32,000 nt of DNA. It comes from Escherichia coli (GTDB lineage: Bacteria; Pseudomonadota; Gammaproteobacteria; Enterobacterales; Enterobacteriaceae). The stretch is taken from assembly GCF_030295525.1 (NCBI RefSeq), contig NZ_AP027212.1. The stretch is one strand, 5' to 3'. Shown here in pieces: positions 18,478-27,069 of the stretch. The translations under genes and the position numbers were made by a program. Each line of letters begins with the position of its first letter. Position 1 is the first letter of the stretch. A model generated the notes under the pieces. That model saw nothing but the letters and a program-made list of their open reading frames with translations. It was not told the DNA's origin and ran no database searches.

Positions 18478-19903
18478 TTTTTATGCGCCGCCCCATAGCA
18501 TCGAGGCAGAGCAGGCGGTGATTGGTGGATTGCTTCTGGATGATGACAGCAGTGAGCGCGTCCAGAAAGTTCTGGCGATGCTGAAGCCTGACTCATTTTA
18601 CAGCCGACCACACAAAATCCTTTTCGAAGAAATAACCAGAATGCACCGGGAGCAAAAGCCAGTAGATGGCCTGACTCTTTTCGATGAACTGGAGCGTAAA
18701 TCGTTAACGGCGTCTGTTGGCGGTTTTGCTTATATCGCTGAGATCGCAAAAAACACGCCAAGCGCAGCAAACATCGTTGCCTATGCAATGCAGGTTCGTG
18801 AAACCGCAATGGAACGCTACGCCATCAACCGCATGACTGAAGCGACGGAATTGCTCTATTCCCGCAACGGAATGACTGCAACGCAGAAGTACGAAGCTAT
18901 TCAGGCGATTTTCACGCAACTGACAGACCATGCAAAAACCGGATCGCGTCGCGGCCTTCGCTCATTTGGTGAGGTCATGGAAGACTGGGTTAGCGACCTT
19001 GAGAAGCGATTTGATCCGTCAGGCGAACAACGAGGAATGAGCACAGGGGTCCCATCGCTGGACAGGATGCTGTCACCGAAAGGTCTGGTGAAAGGCTCTT
19101 TGTTTGTCATTGGCGCTCGCCCTAAGATGGGGAAAACGACGCTATACAGCCAGATGGCAATCAACTGCGCAGTGCATGAGAAAAAGCCCGCTCTGATGTT
19201 CAGCCTTGAAATGCCAGGCGACCAGATACTGGAAAAACTGGTAGGACAGAAGTCTGGTGTTAACCCGAATATTTTTTACCTTCCGGCGACAAATGACGCT
19301 GATGACGGCTATCAGGGTGATTACGATGGTGACTTCAACAGGGCGATCGAAACAGCCAATCGCTTGAGTGAAATCGACCTGCTTTACATCGACGACACGC
19401 CGGGATTATCTCTGGCTCAAATCGTCAGCGAAAGCCGTCGAATCAAGCGAGAAAAAGGATGTGTTGGCATGATTCTTGTCGATTACCTGACACTAATGAC
19501 CGCTGAGAAGGCCGATCGCAACGACCTTGCTTACGGCATGATCACCAAAGGACTGAAGAACCTTGCCAAAGAGCTTGATTGCGTTGTTGTGCTTCTGACG
19601 CAGCTTAACCGCGCATTGGAAAGCCGAACCAATAAACGCCCATTACCAAGTGACTCGCGCGATACAGGACAGATTGAACAGGATTGCGATTATTGGGTGG
19701 GGATCCATCGTGCAGGCGCTTTTGATGACAGTGTTCCACCTGGTGAAACCGAACTAATCCTTCGTCTCAATCGTCATGGCAATACCGGCACGGTGTATTG
19801 CATTCAGGCAAATGGCGCTATTTATGACACAGACCAACAGTCTGCTGAAATGCGCCGCCGTGAACGCGAGGAACCGCAGTCCAAGAAGAAAGGAGGATTC
19901 TGA
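18467..19903 (+). CDS. DnaB-type replicative helicase, P22 gp12-like
   Basis: 478 aa; IEAEQAVIGGLLLD, Walker A GARPKMGKTT, LVDYLTLM. Confidence 0.93.
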   Translation: MTDNFYAPPHSIEAEQAVIGGLLLDDDSSERVQKVLAMLKPDSFYSRPHKILFEEITRMHREQKPVDGLTLFDELERKSLTASVGGFAYIAEIAKNTPSAANIVAYAMQVRETAMERYAINRMTEATELLYSRNGMTATQKYEAIQAIFTQLTDHAKTGSRRGLRSFGEVMEDWVSDLEKRFDPSGEQRGMSTGVPSLDRMLSPKGLVKGSLFVIGARPKMGKTTLYSQMAINCAVHEKKPALMFSLEMPGDQILEKLVGQKSGVNPNIFYLPATNDADDGYQGDYDGDFNRAIETANRLSEIDLLYIDDTPGLSLAQIVSESRRIKREKGCVGMILVDYLTLMTAEKADRNDLAYGMITKGLKNLAKELDCVVVLLTQLNRALESRTNKRPLPSDSRDTGQIEQDCDYWVGIHRAGAFDDSVPPGETELILRLNRHGNTGTVYCIQANGAIYDTDQQSAEMRRREREEPQSKKKGGF

Positions 19904-20172
19904 TGAATAAAAAACAATTAGCCATTCTCGAAAAGGCATGGGATGCACAAATATCATGCGCTTTGAAAGAACAGGCACTACCAATAATCCAGACCAAATC
20001 GAAAATAGCCAGGCAGTTATGCGATGAAGGATTCCTGAACGAAGTTGAGATTACGCACCAGATGGTAACGTTCAAAGGGTATGAGATAAATCATCATGGT
20101 ATAGCAGCGTATTGTTCCCATCTTCCTGATGACGTTGACATTGATGAAATGGAAAGGGAGATGAAGCAATGA
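19903..20172 (+). CDS. hypothetical phage protein
   Basis: 89-aa ORF overlapping neighbours. Confidence 0.6.
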   Translation: MNKKQLAILEKAWDAQISCALKEQALPIIQTKSKIARQLCDEGFLNEVEITHQMVTFKGYEINHHGIAAYCSHLPDDVDIDEMEREMKQ

Positions 20173-20315
20173 CCATCTACATCACTGAGCTAATAACAGG
20201 CCTGCTGGTAATCGCAGGTCTTTTTATTTGGGGGGGGAGGGAAGTGTGGCTGACTGGCAAATTCCAATCATCATTCTTGCCGGAGCTTCGCTGGTTGCTG
20301 GCTTTATCCTGCTGA
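20169..20315 (+). CDS. short hydrophobic ORF, possible 5' part of a gene interrupted at a G8 tract
   Basis: MTIYITELITGLLVIAGLFIWGGREVWLTGKFQSSFLPELRWLLALSC, read directly. Confidence 0.45.
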   Translation: MTIYITELITGLLVIAGLFIWGGREVWLTGKFQSSFLPELRWLLALSC

Positions 20316-20572
20316 AAAAGCATAAAGACCGTGATCAAAAAGTCGAAGTTCTCTATGGGTATCCAGCGAACTGCACAACATGGCTGACCATTTACCACTA
20401 CCGAAAATCAGGCCGCTGGGTATTCGAATGGGATGATCTGTTCGCTGAAAAGCGACCAAAGTCATGGGGAGACATCAGCGAATGCATGATGTTTGAAGAA
20501 AGAAAATCCGGCGCAACTCGAGAAGAGTTTAACGAAGCGTGGAGGCGATTAAGTGAGAGAGGGTATCAATGA
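20228..20572 (+). CDS. phage protein with TM segment; likely 3' part of the preceding ORF
   Basis: 114-aa ORF starting at non-ATG codon within the G tract; IPIIILAGASLVAGFILLKKHK. Confidence 0.55.
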   Translation: MGGEGSVADWQIPIIILAGASLVAGFILLKKHKDRDQKVEVLYGYPANCTTWLTIYHYRKSGRWVFEWDDLFAEKRPKSWGDISECMMFEERKSGATREEFNEAWRRLSERGYQ

Positions 20573-20805
20573 GCAAAATTAAATCTGGTTATCCAGGGAA
20601 TGGGGAATACCCGAAGCCATATTTACCTGTAACTGTGACCACTCAATCTAGGCATCCACATCATTTCAAGCAAAGTGGCACAGCTTATTGGAGTGGCAAG
20701 CGGTGGATAGGTATTGATGGGTTCAAAATTGGGTATGCAAAGGTAATTAAATGGGAATTTAACATCACAAACTGGAGTTCATCCCATGAGGAAACTAACG
20801 TTTGA
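20569..20805 (+). CDS. hypothetical phage protein
   Basis: 78-aa ORF in nin-region operon. Confidence 0.55.
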   Translation: MSKIKSGYPGNGEYPKPYLPVTVTTQSRHPHHFKQSGTAYWSGKRWIGIDGFKIGYAKVIKWEFNITNWSSSHEETNV

Positions 20806-21226
20806 ACTAAGAAGCCCCATCCATCAGCAGAACGCCATTCAAGCTATCCAGCAAATCCTTCCAGACCCAACCAAACCAATCGTAGTAACCATTCAGGAAC
20901 GCAACCGCAGCTTAGACCAGAATCGAAAGCTTTGGGCTTGCCTTGGTGACGTCTCTCGTCAGGTTGAATGGCATGGTCGCTGGCTGGATGCAGAAAGCTG
21001 GAAGTGTGTGTTTACCGCAGCATTAAAGCAGCAAGACGTTGTTCCTAACCTTGCCGGGAATGGCTTTGTGGTAATAGGTCAGTCAACCAGCAGGATGCGT
21101 GTAAGCGAATTTGCGGAGCTATTAGAGCTTATACAGGCATTCGGTACAGAACATGGCGTTAAGTGGTCAGACGAAGCGCGACTGGCTCTGGAGTGGAAAG
21201 CGAGATGGGGAGATAAAACTGAATGA
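20786..21226 (+). CDS. ninB: NinB recombination protein
   Basis: 146 aa; QNAIQAIQQILPDPTKPIVVTIQERNRSLDQNRKLWACLGDVS. Confidence 0.95.
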   Translation: MRKLTFELRSPIHQQNAIQAIQQILPDPTKPIVVTIQERNRSLDQNRKLWACLGDVSRQVEWHGRWLDAESWKCVFTAALKQQDVVPNLAGNGFVVIGQSTSRMRVSEFAELLELIQAFGTEHGVKWSDEARLALEWKARWGDKTE

Positions 21227-21813
21227 ACAAATACCAACTTATTTACGCAGATCCGCCTTGGCAATATCGCGACAAAGCCAACGATGGCAATCGCGGTGCT
21301 GGACATAAATACGATGTTATGAATGTTCAGGACATTTGCCGACTGCCAGTATGGGATTTAGCGGATCCAGAATCTTGCTTGTTAGCGATGTGGTGGGTGC
21401 CGACACAGCCAGCCGAAGCGCTAAAGGTAATTGAGGCGTGGGGATTCAGGTTGATGACTATGAAAGGCTTTACTTGGCACAAAACCAATAAGCACAAAGG
21501 CAACAGTGCGATCGGAATGGGGCATATGACCCGGGCAAATAGCGAGGATTGCTTGTTTGCCGTTCGAGGGCGGTTACCTGAGAGAATGGACGCTTCAATA
21601 TGCCAGCACTTTACCGCACCGAGAATGGAGCACAGTGCAAAACCACCGATCGTAAGAGACATGTTAGCTAAGTTGCTTGGCGACGTGCCGCGCTGTGAGT
21701 TATTTAGCCGCGACAAAGTGACCGGGTGGGATATGTGGGGAAATCAGTGCGACTCCGATTTTGAACTGGCTCCCGGCATGGCGATTAAACCATGCAAAAT
21801 GGTGATCGCATGA
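21223..21813 (+). CDS. MT-A70-family orphan adenine-N6 methyltransferase
   Basis: [15 protein letters not shown] (DPPW motif) and C-terminal MT-A70-like [36 protein letters not shown]. Confidence 0.88.
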   Translation: MNKYQLIYADPPWQYRDKANDGNRGAGHKYDVMNVQDICRLPVWDLADPESCLLAMWWVPTQPAEALKVIEAWGFRLMTMKGFTWHKTNKHKGNSAIGMGHMTRANSEDCLFAVRGRLPERMDASICQHFTAPRMEHSAKPPIVRDMLAKLLGDVPRCELFSRDKVTGWDMWGNQCDSDFELAPGMAIKPCKMVIA

Positions 21814-21983
21814 AGCACTGTTATCGATGTGGAGAGCGAAAGGAAGACGATCGCTTTCGACCAGGACAGCCTTACTGGAATCGATGGTGTCTCCGGTGTG
21901 AAAGAACACCAACAGGGGTGTTACCACTACCGCAGGAAAAGGAGGACGTGTGGCGAGACAGCGACGAAGTATCACCGACATAA
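21810..21983 (+). CDS. ninD: NinD-like protein
   Basis: 57 aa [36 protein letters not shown]. Confidence 0.75.
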   Translation: MKHCYRCGERKEDDRFRPGQPYWNRWCLRCERTPTGVLPLPQEKEDVWRDSDEVSPT

Positions 21984-22132
21984 TCTGCGAAAACTGCAAA
22001 TACCTTCCAACGAAACGCTCCAGAAATAAATCCAAGCCAATCCCAAAAGAATCTGACGTAAAAACCTTCAACTACACGGCTCACCTGTGGGATATCCGGT
22101 GGCTTAGAGAACGTGCGAGGAAAACAAGGTGA
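21950..22132 (+). CDS. ninE: NinE protein
   Basis: 60 aa [58 protein letters not shown]. Confidence 0.9.
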   Translation: MARQRRSITDIICENCKYLPTKRSRNKSKPIPKESDVKTFNYTAHLWDIRWLRERARKTR

Positions 22133-22299
22133 TTGACCAAAATCGAAGTTACGAACAAGAAAGCGTCGAGCGAGCTTTAACGTGCGCTAACTGCGGTCAG
22201 AAGCTGCATGTGCTGGAAGTTCACGTGTGTGAGCACTGCTGCGCAGAACTGATGAGCGATCCGAATAGCTCAATGTACGAGGAAGAAGACGATGAATGA
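22129..22299 (+). CDS. ninF: NinF protein
   Basis: 56 aa (GTG start) [56 protein letters not shown] read directly. Confidence 0.85.
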   Translation: MIDQNRSYEQESVERALTCANCGQKLHVLEVHVCEHCCAELMSDPNSSMYEEEDDE

Positions 22300-23014
22300 G
22301 TTAATAAATGGCAATGCCATCAAAATGACAAGCATTGAAATCGCTGAGTTGGTGGGTAAGCGTCATGACAATGTGAAACGTACCATCGAAACGCTGGCTA
22401 AAAATGGTGTTATCCGGCTTCCTCAAATTGAGGTTTCCGAAAGAATCAATAACTTAGGGTTCAATGTTCAGTACGAGCATTACGTCTTCGAGGGCGAACA
22501 AGGTAAGCGAGACAGTATTGTCGTTGTTGCCCAGTTGTCGCCAGAGTTCACCGCTCGCCTTGTTGACCGTTGGCGAGAGCTTGAAGAAGCTGCGGTTAAT
22601 ATCCCCAAAACGCTACCGGAAGCGTTGCGCCTTGCTGCTGACCTTGCTGAGCAGAAAATGCAACTGGAAAACCAGCTCGCAATTGCCGCACCTAAAGTTG
22701 AGTTTGCCGAGCGCGTTGGCGAGGCCAGCGGAATTTTGATTGGAAACTTTGCAAAGGTTGTTGGAATTGGTCCAAACAAACTGTTTGCGTGGATGCGCGA
22801 TCACAAAATCCTTATTGCTTCAGGTTCCCGGCGCAATGTGCCAATGCAGGAATATATGGATCGCGGCTATTTCACAGTGAAAGAAACAGCGGTCAACACA
22901 AATCACGGAATACAGATATCGTTCACCACAAAAATCACCGGGCGTGGTCAACAGTGGCTGACCAGAAAGTTGCTCGATAACGGAATGCTGAAAGTAACAG
23001 GGGAGGCTGCTTAA
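22292..23014 (+). CDS. phage antirepressor/regulator, Rha N-terminal + KilAC C-terminal (Roi-like)
   Basis: 240 aa; TSIEIAELVGKRHDNVKRTIETL and VEFAERVGEASG...ASGSRRNVPMQEYMDRGYFTVKE. Confidence 0.85.
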   Translation: MNELINGNAIKMTSIEIAELVGKRHDNVKRTIETLAKNGVIRLPQIEVSERINNLGFNVQYEHYVFEGEQGKRDSIVVVAQLSPEFTARLVDRWRELEEAAVNIPKTLPEALRLAADLAEQKMQLENQLAIAAPKVEFAERVGEASGILIGNFAKVVGIGPNKLFAWMRDHKILIASGSRRNVPMQEYMDRGYFTVKETAVNTNHGIQISFTTKITGRGQQWLTRKLLDNGMLKVTGEAA

Positions 23015-23304
23015 TGGCTAACCTACGCAAAGAAGCACGCGGCAGAGAATGCCAGGTACGTATTTACGGCGTATGCAATGGCAACCCTGAAACTACAGTT
23101 CTGGCACATTACAGGATGGCTGGAATTTGCGGAACGGGAATGAAGCCTGACGACCTGATCGGCGCATGGGCTTGTAGCGCGTGTCACGATGAAATCGACC
23201 GACGCACCCATAATCTCGACAACAAAGACGCCAGACTTTACCACCTCGAAGGCGTGATCAGGACGCAGGCGATACTGCTGAAGGAGGGGAAGATTAAGTC
23301 ATGA
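23014..23304 (+). CDS. YbcO-like nuclease (DUF1364)
   Basis: 96 aa; ARGRECQVRIYGVCNGNPETTVLAHYRMAG...ACSACHDEIDRRTH. Confidence 0.85.
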   Translation: MANLRKEARGRECQVRIYGVCNGNPETTVLAHYRMAGICGTGMKPDDLIGAWACSACHDEIDRRTHNLDNKDARLYHLEGVIRTQAILLKEGKIKS

Positions 23305-23663
23305 ACGAATATCAGTTTGTGCTCCCATACCCGCCGTCGGTGAATACCTACTGGCGAAGACGGGGAAGCCAATATTACATAAGCGATAAAGGCCAGAAAT
23401 ACCGAAAAGACGTTCAGCAAATCATCCGCCAACTCAAGTTAGACATTTTCACCAAATCACGACTCCGTATCAAAGTCATCGCAGACGTTCCAGACTCCCG
23501 CCGCCGCGACCTCGACAACATCCTGAAAGGTTTACTCGACTCCCTTATCCACGCCGGATTTGCGGAAGACGACGAGCAATTCGATGACATTCGCGTAATT
23601 CGTGGTGTGAAAGTACCAGGCGGACGGCTTGGAATAAAAATCACCGAACTGGAGAACGCATGA
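23301..23663 (+). CDS. rusA: RusA Holliday junction resolvase
   Basis: 120 aa; LPYPPSVNTYWRRRG, RRRDLDNILKGLLDSL. Confidence 0.95.
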   Translation: MNEYQFVLPYPPSVNTYWRRRGSQYYISDKGQKYRKDVQQIIRQLKLDIFTKSRLRIKVIADVPDSRRRDLDNILKGLLDSLIHAGFAEDDEQFDDIRVIRGVKVPGGRLGIKITELENA

Positions 23664-23848
23664 ACGCCACAATTCAAACGATACCAGAGCTTCTTATCCA
23701 GACACGAGGCAATCAGACCGAAGTGGCAAGGATGCTTTCCTGCGCAAGAGGAACAGTGCTCAAGTACAACCGAGACAGCAAAGGCGAGCGTCACGTAATA
23801 GTTAACGGCGTCCTGATGGTCAAACAGGGCAAGAGGGGAAGACGATGA
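23660..23848 (+). CDS. ninH: NinH-like protein
   Basis: 62 aa; TIPELLIQTRGNQTEVARMLSCARGTVLKY. Confidence 0.85.
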   Translation: MNATIQTIPELLIQTRGNQTEVARMLSCARGTVLKYNRDSKGERHVIVNGVLMVKQGKRGRR

Positions 23849-24468
23849 GACTCGAAAGCGTAGCTAAATTTCATTCGCCAAAAAGCCCGATGATGAGCGA
23901 CTCACCACGGGCCACGGCTTCTGACTCTCTTTCCGGTACTGATGTGATGGCTGCTATGGGGATGGCGCAATCACAAGCCGGATTCGGAATGGCTGCATTC
24001 TGTGGTAAGCACGAACTCAGCCAGAACGACAAACAAAAGGCTATCAACTATCTGATGCAATTTGCACACAAGGTATCGGGGAAATACCGTGGTGTGGCAA
24101 AGCTTGAAGGAAATACTAAGGCAAAGGTACTGCAAGTGCTCGCAACATTCGCTTATGCGGATTATTGCCGTAGTGCCGCGACGCCGGGCGCAAGATGCAG
24201 AGATTGTCACGGTACTGGCCGGGCCGTTGATATTGCCAAAACAGAACGGTGGGGGAGAGTTGTCGAGAAAGAATGCGGAAGATGCAAAGGTGTCGGCTAT
24301 TCAAGAATGCCAGCAAGCGCCGCATATCGCGCTGTAACGATGCTAATCCCAAACCTTACTCAACCCACCTGGTCACGCACTGTTAAGCCACTGTATGACG
24401 CTCTGGTGGTGCAATGCCACAAAGAAGAGTCAATCGCAGACAACATTTTGAATGCGGTCACACGTTAG
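23845..24468 (+). CDS. Q: late antiterminator Q (lambda type)
   Basis: 207 aa MRLESVAKFHSPKSPMMSDSPRATASDSLSGTDVMAAMGMAQ. Confidence 0.97.
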   Translation: MRLESVAKFHSPKSPMMSDSPRATASDSLSGTDVMAAMGMAQSQAGFGMAAFCGKHELSQNDKQKAINYLMQFAHKVSGKYRGVAKLEGNTKAKVLQVLATFAYADYCRSAATPGARCRDCHGTGRAVDIAKTERWGRVVEKECGRCKGVGYSRMPASAAYRAVTMLIPNLTQPTWSRTVKPLYDALVVQCHKEESIADNILNAVTR

Positions 24469-24510
24469 CAGCATGATTGCCACGGATGGCAACATATTAA
24501 CGGCATGATA

Positions 24511-24539
24511 TTGACTTTTTGAATAAAGTTGGGTAAATT
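24511..24539 (+). promoter_or_regulatory. pR': late promoter pR' (TTGACT-N17-TAAATT) with Q-binding region
   Basis: lambda-like ttgactttttgaataaagttgggtaaattt downstream of Q. Confidence 0.9.
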
Positions 24540-24610
24540 TGACCCAAGAATGGCAGATTTATATCCGTTCACATTCTTTAAGCTTTTACCCACCTCATCT
24601 TTAAGTTCTA

Positions 24611-24720
24611 AGCGCACTGACATGCGCATCATAAACTCGAGAGCACATAGGAATAGAGCCTGAGAAATATCGCTTTTGGCGACTTCTCTCGTGGTGATAT
24701 TTCTATGTCAGCAGGCTCTA
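24611..24720 (+). ncRNA. putative structured RNA element, copy A (upstream of HNH gene)
   Basis: outer stem TAGAGCCTG/CAGGCTCTA, inner stem AGAAATATCGC/GTGATATTTCT, loop GGCGACTTCTCTCG; same architecture as copy B. Confidence 0.6.
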
Positions 24721-24739
24721 ATATCTATGTGGTTCGCCT

Positions 24740-25231
24740 ATGTTAAAACGTGAAGATGCATTGAGACTTTTTAATTACAATCCAGATACTGGAATTCTTA
24801 CATGGAAGAATCCACCTCGGTCCTCTAGATTTATCTATGGCGCTGTTGTTGGCTATAAAACCAATGGATATCTGCAGGTAAAACTTTATGGAATGCGGCT
24901 ATATGTCCATAGAATTGCATGGCTGATGGTTTACAATGATTGGCCAACCGATGTGATTGACCATATTAATGGTGATAGGTCTGATAACCGGATAGCCAAT
25001 CTTCGTGTTGTTACTAACACTCAAAACTCATGGAACAGCAAGATGAGGAAAAACAATTCATCTGGTGTGAAGGGGGTGACTTTTAATTCTGCTGCAAACA
25101 AGTGGGTTGGAAGAATTAGAGTCAATGGTAAAAGGATTCATGTAGGGTGTTTTGACGATATCGAGGAGGCTAGAAAGGCAATGGAAAATGCCAGGATAAA
25201 ATATCATGGTGAATTCTCCAGTATGGGATAG
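24740..25231 (+). CDS. HNH homing-type endonuclease with C-terminal AP2-like DNA-binding region
   Basis: 163 aa; RLYVHRIAWLMVYNDWPTDVIDHINGDRSDNRIANLRVVTNTQNSWNSK...SGVKGVTFNSAANKWVGRIRVNGKRIHVGCFDDIEEA. Confidence 0.92.
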   Translation: MLKREDALRLFNYNPDTGILTWKNPPRSSRFIYGAVVGYKTNGYLQVKLYGMRLYVHRIAWLMVYNDWPTDVIDHINGDRSDNRIANLRVVTNTQNSWNSKMRKNNSSGVKGVTFNSAANKWVGRIRVNGKRIHVGCFDDIEEARKAMENARIKYHGEFSSMG

Positions 25232-25361
25232 ATGGGTTAATTCGCTCGTTGTGGTAGTGAGATGAAAAGAGGCGGCGCTTACTACCGATTCCGCCTAGTT
25301 GGTCACTTCGACGTATCGTCTGGAACTCCAACCATCGCAGGCTGAGAGGTCTGCAAAATGC

Positions 25362-25418
25362 AATCCCGAAACAGTTCGCAGGTAATAGTTAGAGCCTGCA
25401 TAACGGTTTCGGGATTTT
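25362..25418 (+). terminator. tR': tR' terminator of the 6S/late leader RNA
   Basis: AATCCCGAAAC...GTTTCGGGATTTTTA, as in lambda. Confidence 0.9.
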
Positions 25419-25423
25419 TATTT

Positions 25424-25498
25424 GGGTCAGTCGTATAAAGGTCATTACGGAAGGCTGTTAACCTTCTTATCGTGGTTCGAGTCCACGCTGTCCCGCCA
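25424..25498 (+). tRNA. tRNA-Asn (anticodon GTT)
   Basis: acceptor GGGTCAG/CTGTCCC (one mismatch), anticodon stem GAAGG/CCTTC with loop CTGTTAA, T arm CGTGG-TTCGAGT-CCACG, encoded CCA. Confidence 0.85.
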
Positions 25499-25503
25499 AA
25501 TAT

Positions 25504-25579
25504 GCTGGTTTAGCTCCAATGGTAGAGCAGTCGCCTTGTAAGCGAATGGGTAGCGGTTCAAGTCCGTTAACCAGCACCA
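25504..25579 (+). tRNA. tRNA-Thr (anticodon TGT)
   Basis: acceptor GCTGGTT/AACCAGC, D arm, anticodon loop CTTGTAA, T arm AGCGG-TTCAAGT-CCGTT, encoded CCA. Confidence 0.9.
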
Positions 25580-25666
25580 TAACTGAGCCGTAGCCACTGA
25601 CTATCCTGAATTCATCAGTGATAGTTAAGCTGCGGCCTTCTACACATGATCTTCGTGAAAGCGGGT

Positions 25667-25696
25667 GGCAGGAGGTCGCGCTAACAACCTCCTGCC
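25667..25696 (+). other. strong hairpin in the late leader
   Basis: GGCAGGAGGT...ACCTCCTGCC followed by GTTTTG; possible weak terminator, shared with lambda. Confidence 0.6.
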
Positions 25697-25821
25697 GTTT
25701 TGCCCGTGCATATCGGTCACGAACAAATCTGATTACTAAACACAGTAGCCTGGATTTGTTCTATCAGTAATCGACCTTATTCCTAATTAAATAGAGCAAA
25801 TCCCCTTATTGGGGGTAAGAC

Positions 25822-26145
25822 ATGAAGATGCCAGAAAAACATGACCTGTTAGCCGCCATTCTCGCGGCAAGGGAACAAGGCATCGGGGCAATCCTTGCGT
25901 TTGCAATGGCGTACCTTCGCGGCAGATATAATGGCGGTGCGTTTACAAAAACAGTAATCGACGCAACGATGTGCGCCATTATCGCCTGGTTCATTCGTGA
26001 CCTTCTCGACTTCGCCGGACTAAGTAGCAATCTCGCTTATATAACGAGCGTGTTCATCGGCTACATCGGTACTGACTCGATTGGTTCGCTTATCAAACGC
26101 TTCGCTGCTAAAAAAGCCGGAGTAGAAGATGGTGGAAATCAATAA
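25822..26145 (+). CDS. S: holin/antiholin S107/S105
   Basis: [44 protein letters not shown], dual-start class I holin. Confidence 0.97.
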   Translation: MKMPEKHDLLAAILAAREQGIGAILAFAMAYLRGRYNGGAFTKTVIDATMCAIIAWFIRDLLDFAGLSSNLAYITSVFIGYIGTDSIGSLIKRFAAKKAGVEDGGNQ

Positions 26146-26605
26146 TCAACGTAAGGCGTTCCTCGATATGCTGGCGTGGTCAGAGGGAACTGATAACGGA
26201 CGTCAGAAAACCAGAAATCATGGTTATGACGTCATTGTAGGAGGAGAGCTATTCACTGATTACTCCGATCACCCTCGCAAACTTGTCACGCTAAACCCCA
26301 AACTCAAATCAACAGCAGCCGGACGTTACCAGCTTCTTTCCCGTTGGTGGGATGCTTACCGCAAGCAACTTGGTCTGAAAGACTTCTCTCCGAAAAGCCA
26401 GGACGCTGTGGCACTGCAGCAGATTAAAGAGCGTGGCGCTTTACCGATGATTGATCTCGGTGATATCCGTCAGGCAATCGACCGTTGCAGCAATATCTGG
26501 GCTTCACTGCCGGGGGCTGGTTACGGTCAGTTCGAGCATAAGGCTGACAGCCTGATTGCAAAATTCAAAGAGGCTGGCGGAACGGTCAGAGAGATTGAGG
26601 TATGA
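26129..26605 (+). CDS. R: endolysin R (lambda-type transglycosylase)
   Basis: 158 aa [51 protein letters not shown]. Confidence 0.97.
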   Translation: MVEINNQRKAFLDMLAWSEGTDNGRQKTRNHGYDVIVGGELFTDYSDHPRKLVTLNPKLKSTAAGRYQLLSRWWDAYRKQLGLKDFSPKSQDAVALQQIKERGALPMIDLGDIRQAIDRCSNIWASLPGAGYGQFEHKADSLIAKFKEAGGTVREIEV

Positions 26606-27069
26606 ACAGAGTAACCGCGATTATCTACGCTCTGGTTATCTGCATCATCGTCTGCCTGTCATGGGCTGTTAATCATTACCGTGATAACGCAATCGACTAC
26701 AAAGAGCAGCGCGATAACAAGGCCAGTGAACTGGAGAAGGCGAACGCCACCATCACTGACATGCAGCAGCGCCAGCGTGATGCTGATGCACTCGATGCTA
26801 AATACACGAAGGAGTTAGCTGATGCGAAATCTGAAAATGATGCTCTTCGGCGCAAGCTTGATAATGGTGGCAGGGTGCTCGTCAAAGGAAAATGCCCTGT
26901 GCCATCCTCAGCCGAAACCTCCAGCGCCTCCGGCATGGGCAATGATGCCACCGTCGAACTCTCTCCAGTTGCTGGACGAAACGTTCTCGGTATCCGGGAC
27001 GGAATTATCCGCGACCAAACATCACTGAGAACGCTTCAGGAATACATCAGGACGCAATGCCTTCGATGA
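26602..27069 (+). CDS. Rz: i-spanin Rz
   Basis: 155 aa, N-terminal TM, coiled coil. Confidence 0.93.
   Translation: MNRVTAIIYALVICIIVCLSWAVNHYRDNAIDYKEQRDNKASELEKANATITDMQQRQRDADALDAKYTKELADAKSENDALRRKLDNGGRVLVKGKCPVPSSAETSSASGMGNDATVELSPVAGRNVLGIRDGIIRDQTSLRTLQEYIRTQCLR
26822..27028 (+). CDS. Rz1: o-spanin lipoprotein Rz1, embedded out of frame in Rz
   Basis: [39 protein letters not shown]: lipobox and proline-rich region. Confidence 0.85.
   Translation: MRNLKMMLFGASLIMVAGCSSKENALCHPQPKPPAPPAWAMMPPSNSLQLLDETFSVSGTELSATKHH

Noticed and set aside
21223-21813. Complete restriction-modification system around the MT-A70 gene
   Set aside because: No nuclease or specificity gene adjacent; neighbours are ninB and ninD.
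22480-22779. Minus-strand 99-aa ORF (and similar antisense ORFs over ybhH, ybhI, dnaB-like and N/cII genes)
   Set aside because: Low-complexity translations opposite well-supported genes; treated as frame shadows.
24547-25231. Group I intron or IscB/HEARO-type omega RNA system around the HNH gene
   Set aside because: The insert is not in a coding gene, I see no group I core, and the 163-aa protein is a small HNH + AP2-like enzyme without IscB RuvC/bridge-helix motifs. The RNA element also occurs without HNH at 27283, so it is not specific to the nuclease.
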